The position numbers and the translations under genes are program-made. Shown here one piece after another: positions 46,300 through 53,913 of a DNA stretch of 64,000 bases (its first letter is position 1; every line of letters starts with the position of its first letter). The stretch covers positions 6,047-70,046 of the forward strand of contig JBBRNV010000004.1 in assembly GCA_038230075.1 (NCBI GenBank). The letters run 5' to 3'. This DNA comes from Minisyncoccia bacterium. GTDB lineage: Bacteria; Patescibacteriota; Minisyncoccia; Phycocordibacterales; CALRBL01. The notes below the pieces were generated by a model. That model saw nothing but the letters and a program-made list of their open reading frames with translations, was not told the DNA's origin and did no database searches.

Positions 46300-46650
46300 T
46301 CAGAACAATCCAAGTCGAGCAGGTGCTTGCACCTCTTGAATGTTGCGCACGAAAACCAAGCTCGCAGTTTCCATCGTATCCCGCAAGATCTCGATCAAAA
46401 CCTTTGTGATGACATCCGTTGCGGCGCGATCTAAAAAAGCATGTGCTTCATCGTCAATCCCAGCAGTTGCGCTCGTGAAGAGATCAGCGACGTGTCGAAC
46501 TTTTTTTAGTCCCTCAAAAAACAAAAGCCGAGAGCAGAAACGCACAAGTTGTTTGTTGAGACGACAACTTGCATGAACCATGCTCACTTTTCCAAGCTGT
46601 AACGCTCGAATTTCTTCGATATTGAATATGATGTTTGTGCAATGTTTCAT
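46300..46650 (-). CDS. Orphan protein (unit D), paralogue of 45754-46143
   Basis: 116-aa ORF; extended -10 TGcTATGTT about 60 nt upstream; own terminator. Confidence 0.65.
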   Translation of the reverse strand: MKHCTNIIFNIEEIRALQLGKVSMVHASCRLNKQLVRFCSRLLFFEGLKKVRHVADLFTSATAGIDDEAHAFLDRAATDVITKVLIEILRDTMETASLVFVRNIQEVQAPARLGLF

Positions 46651-46723
46651 TGATAAAAATCTAAGATTTGGCTGTAATCACCAGAATGGTAATTTAAGCT
46701 CTGCCAAGAACATAGCATATTAG

Positions 46724-46780
46724 TAGATAAAAATAAAAAGCAGAGTCTACCTAACAGACTCTGCTTTTTATTTTTATCTA
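46724..46780. repeat. Perfect 25-bp inverted repeat with 7-nt loop (khpA terminator-like)
   Basis: tagataaaaataaaaagcagagtct-acctaac-agactctgctttttatttttatcta. Confidence 0.9.
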
Positions 46781-47092
46781 GATCTTCAAATCATCTAATG
46801 CTTCATCAACACTTTTTGTTGTTGATGACGGAGCTGCTCCTCCTTCAGGTTCATTAATCTTCAAATTGATTCGAGCGTTGTTTTTCATTCCAACAACTCG
46901 CAGAAGTGTTCTTATAGCTTTTGCGGTATTTCCCTCTCGTCCGATTATTTTACCCATATCCGCCTGGTCTACCACAAGAGTCATCAGAACTCCCATTTCA
47001 TCAACAGATCGAGTGATTTTCACTTTTTCTGGCTGATCAACCAATGCTTTAACGATGTAATCTAAAAACTGTGTGTCTTGATCTTGCTGCAT
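46778..47092 (-). CDS. khpA: KH-domain RNA-binding protein KhpA
   Basis: IVKALVD.PE.V and DMGKIIGREGNTAKAIRTLL; follows rpsP. Confidence 0.93.
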   Translation of the reverse strand: MQQDQDTQFLDYIVKALVDQPEKVKITRSVDEMGVLMTLVVDQADMGKIIGREGNTAKAIRTLLRVVGMKNNARINLKINEPEGGAAPSSTTKSVDEALDDLKI

Positions 47093-47157
47093 ATATATGA
47101 ACTATGAATAATGCATAAAGTATACAATTAATACTTTGTTTTGTCATTTACACACCC

Positions 47158-47195
47158 AAAGAAAAAACTCTTTATTTCTAAAGAGTTTTTTCTTT
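47158..47195 (-). terminator. rpsP terminator (perfect 17-bp inverted repeat)
   Basis: aaagaaaaaactcttta-tttc-taaagagttttttcttt. Confidence 0.7.
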
Positions 47196-47206
47196 TATTT
47201 GATAGA

Positions 47207-47647
47207 TTATACTGTTGGAGTTTCTTCTGCAGGAGCGGCTTGGGCTGCTGGAGCTTCAACAACTTCAGGAGTAGGTACTGCAACGGGTGTAACAACCTCA
47301 ACTGGTGCGACAACTTCAGGTGCTGCTGCAGGTGCAGCTACTACTTCTACCGGAGCTACTTCTTCTTTCTTTGGAACTGTTTTCTTTGGAAGAACATTTA
47401 CTTTCTTTCCTGTAATAATTTTTTGTGACAATAGTAAGTTGTGAAGAGTTCCTGATGCCTTTGCTCCAACTGAAAGCCAGTGCTTAACTCGGTCAGCTTT
47501 GATCTGAGTTGTTTCCTTTCGTGGATCATATGAGCCAAGAACTTCTAAAAACTTTCCACTTTTTGAGCTGTTTTTTGAATCAGTCAAAACAACACGAAAT
47601 GTAGTTTCGTGCTTTCGTCCTGTTCGTTGTAGTCGAATTGATAACAT
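47207..47647 (-). CDS. rpsP: 30S ribosomal protein S16 with Ala/Pro/Val/Glu-rich tail
   Basis: IRLQRTGRK...FRVV.TDS...GKFLEVLGSYDP...WLSVGA. Confidence 0.96.
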   Translation of the reverse strand: MLSIRLQRTGRKHETTFRVVLTDSKNSSKSGKFLEVLGSYDPRKETTQIKADRVKHWLSVGAKASGTLHNLLLSQKIITGKKVNVLPKKTVPKKEEVAPVEVVAAPAAAPEVVAPVEVVTPVAVPTPEVVEAPAAQAAPAEETPTV

Positions 47648-47755
47648 GGTTAGACGATAATAGCAGACGTTTGGTGATAGGTCAATTGGGCTCCAATCAA
47701 AGGAACAGGGCTAAGAAAATCGAGTTTTTTCGTTTTTCTGCTATGATGACCAGAT

Positions 47756-49711
47756 ATGCGAACAGGAATAATGACAATCACCGCCAAAGGTGTCGGTTAT
47801 CTAAAGAATCCACTATTTGAAGAAGACTGGGAAATTGCTCCTGAGCTTTTAAATTGTGCCCTTCATGGAGACGAAGTTGAAGCTGATGAATATCCCCGAT
47901 CAGCTGGAAATACTTTTGCAAATAGTATGTCTTCAAAAACTCAAGCCAAAGTATTAGGAGTAACGAAACGAGCAAAAACTCATTTTGTAGGAACAATCGA
48001 AGAAGACAACGGAAAAGCATTTCTCGTTCCTGACGATAAACGAATGTATGTTGATTTGTTAATTCAAAAAGAAGAAACCATGGGAGCAACTCACGGCACT
48101 AAAGTGTTTGTTGAAATGAAACCATGGACAGATTCTAAACAGAATCCTCAAGGAGTCGTAAAGAAAATTATTGGAGAAAAAGGAAACAATGATGCCGAAA
48201 TGGAATCAATCGTACTTGAACGAGGATTCGATACCGACTTCCCTCCCGAAGTTCTTCACGAAGCACATCTCACAGAACTAAACGAACGAGCTATTCTTCC
48301 TCATGAAGTAGCAAAGCGTCGAGATATGCGTGGAACATTTACTGCAACAATTGACCCATTTGACGCAAAAGACTTTGATGATGCACTTTCAATCAAAAAA
48401 ATTAACGATGACTTGTATGAAATCGGTATTCACATTGCCGACGTATCTCACTATGTTCGTGAAGGAACATCACTCGACAAAGAAGCTCGTAAGCGTGCTT
48501 TTTCTGTATATCTTGTTGATCGAACAATTCCCATGCTTCCACATGTTCTTTCGAACGATGTTTGTAGTTTGAATCCACACGAAGACAAGTTAACTTTTTC
48601 TGCGGTGTTTGAGATGACAGTCAAAGGAGAAATTAAAAATAAGTGGTTTGGAAGAACAGTCATTCATTCTGATAAACGATTTAGTTATGAAGAGGCTCAA
48701 GATGTTCTTAACAATAAAGGAAATGGAGAAGGTGCCGAATTTTTTGAAAAAATGAACTGGTTTAACACCATCGCTTATGCTCTTCGAGACGAAAAAACAA
48801 AAAATGGAGCAATTGATTTTGAAACAACTGAAATTAAATTTAAACTCGATGAAACCGGAAAGCCTATCGAAGTTATAAAGAAAGAAAGATTAGACACTCA
48901 CCGATTAGTTGAAGAATTTATGCTTCTTGCAAACCGAGAGGTTGCTGAGTTTATTTTCAGAGGAGTAGAAAACAATAATAAAGGAAAAGGTTCACATCTC
49001 GGCGTATATCGAATTCACGATGTGCCTGATCATGAAAAACTGGCAGAACTTTCACTCTTTTTGAAAGCACTCGGATATGATCTTGATACTAAAAAAGACA
49101 TCACTCCTAAAGATATTCAAAAGCTATTAAAGCAAGTTGAAGGAGATCCAAACGAAGCACTTATCAAAACAGCAACAATTCGATCAATGGCAAAAGCGGT
49201 CTACTCAACACGAAACATTGGTCACTTTGGTTTAGCCTTCACATATTACACTCACTTCACTTCCCCTATTCGACGATATCCCGATCTTGCAGTTCACCGA
49301 ATTCTTCAAGAGGTGCTTCATGGAAAAATAATGACCGATCGAGAAGCGGCCCTTTACACTCGAATTTGTTTAGAATCATCTGAACAAGAAGTGAAAGCAG
49401 CAGAAGCAGAACGAGCATCAATTAAATACAAACAAGTAGAATACATGATTCCACGACTTGGACAGGTATTTTCTGGAAAGATTTCTGGGGTAACTGAGTG
49501 GGGTCTCTATGTTCAAGAAGAAACAACAATGGCAGACGGCATGATTAAACTTCGAGATCTGAAAGATGACTTCTATTCATTTGATCAAAAGTCATACTCA
49601 ATCATTGGTCAACAGAAAAAGAAAAAATATACACTCGGTGATCCAATCAAATTTAAAATTATGGCGGCAGACCTCGAACGAAAAACTCTTGATTGTGTCT
49701 TGGCTGAATAA
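47756..49711 (+). CDS. rnr: Ribonuclease R
   Basis: TIDPFDAKDFDDALS, HIADVSHYV, EEFMLLAN and HFGLA..YTHFTSPIRRYPDL motifs; S1 domain. Confidence 0.96.
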   Translation: MRTGIMTITAKGVGYLKNPLFEEDWEIAPELLNCALHGDEVEADEYPRSAGNTFANSMSSKTQAKVLGVTKRAKTHFVGTIEEDNGKAFLVPDDKRMYVDLLIQKEETMGATHGTKVFVEMKPWTDSKQNPQGVVKKIIGEKGNNDAEMESIVLERGFDTDFPPEVLHEAHLTELNERAILPHEVAKRRDMRGTFTATIDPFDAKDFDDALSIKKINDDLYEIGIHIADVSHYVREGTSLDKEARKRAFSVYLVDRTIPMLPHVLSNDVCSLNPHEDKLTFSAVFEMTVKGEIKNKWFGRTVIHSDKRFSYEEAQDVLNNKGNGEGAEFFEKMNWFNTIAYALRDEKTKNGAIDFETTEIKFKLDETGKPIEVIKKERLDTHRLVEEFMLLANREVAEFIFRGVENNNKGKGSHLGVYRIHDVPDHEKLAELSLFLKALGYDLDTKKDITPKDIQKLLKQVEGDPNEALIKTATIRSMAKAVYSTRNIGHFGLAFTYYTHFTSPIRRYPDLAVHRILQEVLHGKIMTDREAALYTRICLESSEQEVKAAEAERASIKYKQVEYMIPRLGQVFSGKISGVTEWGLYVQEETTMADGMIKLRDLKDDFYSFDQKSYSIIGQQKKKKYTLGDPIKFKIMAADLERKTLDCVLAE

Positions 49712-49730
49712 ATCTCAGTAGTATTAAATA

Positions 49731-49760
49731 AAATGAAACGCCCCGATTTTATTCGGGGCG
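49731..49760. terminator. Terminator between rnr and the convergent unit E
   Basis: cgccccga-ttttat-tcggggcg with a T tract on the minus strand; second small hairpin tggtgg/ccacca at 49762-49779. Confidence 0.7.
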
Positions 49761-49779
49761 CTGGTGGAGAATACCACCA

Positions 49780-50304
49780 TCATTCTGCGACTGGGTCGCC
49801 ATCGAGATCGATCACTTGCTTACTATACTTTTCAGCAAGTGTGATGACCTGAAGAACCAGTTCTGAGTTCCTCGCGTCAGGCATGATCAGCACACCTGAA
49901 GTTTTTCTAATGATCACGTCGTGAACCTTTTCACGAGCTCCCGTGAGCCATGTCGGCAAACGTGAATGACCACGACGCGTCTGATTGTTTGCGAACTCCA
50001 TCGAACCTAGCGCGTTGAAGAATGGTCGCATGTCGAGCACGTACATGGTTTGGCGAAGATGTTCCAATACATTTGCGTACATAACCTCATCTGCCAAAGG
50101 AAGGATGCAATCTTGGTGACACATTTGAACCTCACCGTAGAGGGCAAAGAGTCGTTTTTCGGGAGCCGCGCGCAGCATTGCGCTTACCAGACTCGTCGCG
50201 ACCGGCATAAGATGCTGAGGTTCGCGGGCGGCAGCCAACAGTGTTTGAAATTGATCCGACCAAAACTGATTGATGTGTGTGGTAAGAACTGGAACTAAAC
50301 TCAT
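49780..50304 (-). CDS. Orphan (unit E), possibly a degenerate DUF1937 / nucleoside-deoxyribosyltransferase-fold protein
   Basis: 174-aa ORF with own promoter; pattern VLDMRPF...GVLIMPD...S......A...K.VI recalls the NDT-like fold. Confidence 0.55.
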   Translation of the reverse strand: MSLVPVLTTHINQFWSDQFQTLLAAAREPQHLMPVATSLVSAMLRAAPEKRLFALYGEVQMCHQDCILPLADEVMYANVLEHLRQTMYVLDMRPFFNALGSMEFANNQTRRGHSRLPTWLTGAREKVHDVIIRKTSGVLIMPDARNSELVLQVITLAEKYSKQVIDLDGDPVAE

Positions 50305-50368
50305 TTGAGGTGGTGATATCTCCGGTGTGGGGTTAACTGAACGTAGAGCTATGGAACTTCTAACAACT

Positions 50369-50396
50369 AGTCTATCTATATTTACATCTTAGTCAA
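50369..50396 (-). promoter_or_regulatory. sigma70-type promoter of unit E (TTGACT-16-TAGACT)
   Basis: Reverse complement reads ttgactaagatgtaaatatagatagact; leader of about 60 nt before the ATG at 50304. Confidence 0.55.
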
Positions 50397-50413
50397 AAAA
50401 GAAATAACTGATG

Positions 50414-52219
50414 TTAATTCCCATCTCCGCTTTTCATCATCTTTAAAAATGTCTCATGAGGAATGTTAACTTTTCCTCTTCCTCGTTCTGCCATTTTTTT
50501 CTTTCCTTTCTTTTGTTTTTCTCTAAGTTTCATTTTTCGTGTAATGTCTCCTCCGTACATGTGTTGCGTCACATCTTTTTTCATCGCAGACAATGTTTCA
50601 GATGCAATAATTCGACCAAGTCCTTTTCCTTGAATTTTTGTTGTAAACATTTGTCGAGGAAGAATTCCATATAACTTTTGAACAGCTTTCTGAGCCTCTT
50701 CTTCAATTCGCCTTCGTGATACCACTCGGCAAAAAGCTTCAACAGACTCATCAGCAACCAAAATGTCGAGTCGTGCAACATCAGCAACACGCATTGCATC
50801 AAATTCGTATGAAAGAGAACCGTATCCAGAAGACACACTCTTTAGCTCATCAAAAAAGTTTCGCATCAATTCTCGAAGTGGCATTTTTAAACTGAGCGCA
50901 GTTCTTCCATCGCTAAAAGTCTCTGAGTCTCCCACTTCTGCTTCATGCTCATATAGTAGTTGAAGAATGGGGCCAACATAGTCTGATGGACTAATTATTT
51001 TTATCTTTTCCCACGGCTCTTCAACAGACGCAATTAAGTGTTCATCAGGAAAAAGTGCAGGAGTATAGATTGTTTTTTTAGTTCCATCTTTAAATGTCAC
51101 GATGTATGTAATTGAAGGAGTCGCAATCACCAAATCTAAATGAAATTCTCGTTTCAATCGTTCAGTGATAATTTCAAGGTGTAAAAGACCAAGAAATCCA
51201 CATCGAAATCCTCGTCCAAGTGATGTTGAAGATTCCTCTTCGTATGTAAACGACGAATCAGACAGTCGTAGGCGACCAAGCGCTTGTTTAAAATCATCAA
51301 AGTTATCGGCGTCTTCTGGATAAATAGAAGCCCATACCACGGGAGATGGATTCATATAACCAGGAAGCACAGGAAGTGGATTCTTAAACGATGTTACCGT
51401 GTCTCCAACTGATGCAATACCAGGCTTTTTAATTCCTGTCACAATGTATCCAATATTTCCTGCGGTTATTGAGTCTGCTGATACTTCATCTGGTGTAAAG
51501 ATTCCAACTTCAAGTGCTGTGAACTTTTCGTTTGCTACAGAAAATTGCAGCACGTCATTTTTCTTCACTGATCCGTCAAGAACTCGAACATACACAATTA
51601 CCCCTTTATGACTTGAATATTGAAAATCGAAAATAAGTGAACGAGAGCTCGGTGTTGTAACAAATTCAGAAACTGGCGCTGGAATCTTTTTAATAATTTC
51701 TTCAAGGAGTTCAGCCACACCTTCACCTGTTTTTCCTGATGTTAAAAGTACATCTTCTGGAGAACAATCGATTAACTTACACACCTCTTCTTTTATATCA
51801 GCAATTCGTGCGAGAGGTGAATCAACCTTACTAAGCACAGGAATGATGGTAAGCCCCGCATCGCGTGCCATTTGAAGCGTAGTGAGTGTTTGTGCTTGAA
51901 CTCCCTGTGTTGCATCAACAAGTAAAATACATCCCTCTACTGCCTTTAGGGCTCGAGACACTTCGTAGTAAAAGTCGATGTGACCTGGAGTATCAATTAG
52001 GTTTAAAACATATTCTTTTCCTTCACTGGCATGATTCATGCGCACAGGTCGCATTTTGATAGTAATTCCCTTTTCTCTTTCAAGTTCCATACTATCGAGT
52101 ACCTGAGCCTGCATCTTTCGTTTCTCAATCGTGTGGGTAATTTCAAGCATCCGATCGGCCAAAGTCGATTTTCCATGATCAATATGCGCAATGATGCTGA
52201 AGTTTCTAATAGTATCCAT
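50414..52219 (-). CDS. lepA: Elongation factor 4
   Basis: IRNFSIIAHIDHGKSTLADR, LIDTPGH, GFRCGFLGLLHLEI and YGGDITRK.KL motifs. Confidence 0.98.
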   Translation of the reverse strand: MDTIRNFSIIAHIDHGKSTLADRMLEITHTIEKRKMQAQVLDSMELEREKGITIKMRPVRMNHASEGKEYVLNLIDTPGHIDFYYEVSRALKAVEGCILLVDATQGVQAQTLTTLQMARDAGLTIIPVLSKVDSPLARIADIKEEVCKLIDCSPEDVLLTSGKTGEGVAELLEEIIKKIPAPVSEFVTTPSSRSLIFDFQYSSHKGVIVYVRVLDGSVKKNDVLQFSVANEKFTALEVGIFTPDEVSADSITAGNIGYIVTGIKKPGIASVGDTVTSFKNPLPVLPGYMNPSPVVWASIYPEDADNFDDFKQALGRLRLSDSSFTYEEESSTSLGRGFRCGFLGLLHLEIITERLKREFHLDLVIATPSITYIVTFKDGTKKTIYTPALFPDEHLIASVEEPWEKIKIISPSDYVGPILQLLYEHEAEVGDSETFSDGRTALSLKMPLRELMRNFFDELKSVSSGYGSLSYEFDAMRVADVARLDILVADESVEAFCRVVSRRRIEEEAQKAVQKLYGILPRQMFTTKIQGKGLGRIIASETLSAMKKDVTQHMYGGDITRKMKLREKQKKGKKKMAERGRGKVNIPHETFLKMMKSGDGN

Positions 52220-52233
52220 ATAAAGTTTTGAGT

Positions 52234-53910
52234 TTAATCTACACGTTCTTGGTCGAGAATAACAGTTTTCTGTCTAAATATTTTTGAAGTCAGAACGTGA
52301 GAAACATCTTCAAGCTCTTTTGATTTGAGCAATTTGAGGATTCCGATTCCTGCAACAATACCGAGCATACCAGAAACGAAGCCTTGTGCAAAAACTCCAA
52401 AAACACCGGTGTGTCCAAATACGGGATCAAAGTAACCCAAACCAAGCTTCGCAATAAAGCCTGTAATGATTGCAGCAGCGAAGCCATTAAACATAGTTCT
52501 CCACAAAGCTTTGGTTGAATTGGGAAAATCAGTTTCAAACATGAACCAAAAAATCGCCGTGTTAACAATTGTTCCAATACTAAATCCAAGAGGAAGCATG
52601 AGAACAACAGTTCCTGAAATTCCTTCTACTTTTAATAAATGTTCTATGAATGAAGAGAATACGGGATACCAATAAAAGCATTTAATGAGAATAAATGGTG
52701 CTCCAATAGTTACAATTGATGAGAAAAGGTTAATGACAACAGGTTTCCTGGTGTTTCCTGTGGCGTAATATCCCCGAATAAATAGTTGCTCTAAACTTTG
52801 TGCCACCAGTGAAAAAACAAAAAGTGCTAACGCTGCAGCAGTTAATCGAGTATCTTCCCAATTAAAGTTTCCCGATCCAAGTATTGTTCGAACAATTTGT
52901 GCGCGGAGTGTAATAAATAATACAGAAATTGGAAGTGACCAAAATATAATATGACGAGCAGGCACAACCATGTGTTCAATAAATTTCTCTCGTTCCCCCT
53001 GGCTGAATAGTCGACTAAGTGTTGGAAATGCTGCCAACGAATAACTGACCCCAATAATTGCTAGAGGTACCGACTGAAGATTAAGTGATAAATTAAAAAT
53101 TGAAATAGAACCATTAACCATTGAAGATGCGTAGAATGTGATAAAAATTAATTCAACAGTGGTTGCTGCAAGTGCCAAAGTTCGTGGAAGTGACACTCGA
53201 ATAACGGTTCTAAACAATTTCCAATCTGGCTTAAAAATAAATCGAGGAAGCATTCCTTCGCTAGATACAAATGGAAGTTGAATCAAAAAGTGTAAGAATG
53301 CCCCAATCACTACCCCAACAACGACTCCTGCAATTCCCATATACGGAACGAGGAAAACGATTCCAAAGATAATGGCAGCGTTATACAACAAGGGTGAAAC
53401 AGCATAGAGGAAGAAGCGGTTACGCGATTGAGTAATTGAACCGAACAAGTTTGATATTCCAAGAAATATTGGTTGAAGAAGAAGAATGCGAGCAAGCATA
53501 ACAATGCTTGCGGTAACTTCGACAGAGGTGTTCTGAAGAAAAAACTTTGCCAAATATGGCATTAAGAAAAATGTAATAGCTGAAACAATAATCATCACAA
53601 GAAAAAAACAAGTGAAGATTGAATCCATGAATGATTTTTCTTCTTCAGGTTTTCCTTCTCTTTCTGATAAGAATGGAATTAGAACAGATACTGAAACAAG
53701 AGATGCCACTGATGCATAGATGAAATCAGGAACACGAAATGCTGCATAATAAATATCGAGATATACACCAGGACCAATATGTGCAGCGAGAAGTCGATCT
53801 CGAAAGAGAGCAAGAATTTGTGAGAGGAGGGCAAATCCCCCAAGAAGATAAGCGGCGTGGTGAACACCGCTTATTTCTCTGTTAAGAATTGTCAGCCATC
53901 TCCTTACCAT
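52234..53910 (-). CDS. murJ: Lipid II flippase MurJ
   Basis: LALFRDRLLA, DIYYAAFRVPD, FPTLS and RGYYA..NTRKP motifs; about 13-14 TM helices. Confidence 0.92.
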   Translation of the reverse strand: MVRRWLTILNREISGVHHAAYLLGGFALLSQILALFRDRLLAAHIGPGVYLDIYYAAFRVPDFIYASVASLVSVSVLIPFLSEREGKPEEEKSFMDSIFTCFFLVMIIVSAITFFLMPYLAKFFLQNTSVEVTASIVMLARILLLQPIFLGISNLFGSITQSRNRFFLYAVSPLLYNAAIIFGIVFLVPYMGIAGVVVGVVIGAFLHFLIQLPFVSSEGMLPRFIFKPDWKLFRTVIRVSLPRTLALAATTVELIFITFYASSMVNGSISIFNLSLNLQSVPLAIIGVSYSLAAFPTLSRLFSQGEREKFIEHMVVPARHIIFWSLPISVLFITLRAQIVRTILGSGNFNWEDTRLTAAALALFVFSLVAQSLEQLFIRGYYATGNTRKPVVINLFSSIVTIGAPFILIKCFYWYPVFSSFIEHLLKVEGISGTVVLMLPLGFSIGTIVNTAIFWFMFETDFPNSTKALWRTMFNGFAAAIITGFIAKLGLGYFDPVFGHTGVFGVFAQGFVSGMLGIVAGIGILKLLKSKELEDVSHVLTSKIFRQKTVILDQERVD

Positions 53911-53913
53911 ATA

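Noticed and set aside
45780-46576. Alternative frames over units C and D (95, 117 and 78 aa)
   Set aside because: Promoter and terminator orientation and the mutual similarity of the 129- and 116-aa frames favour those two.
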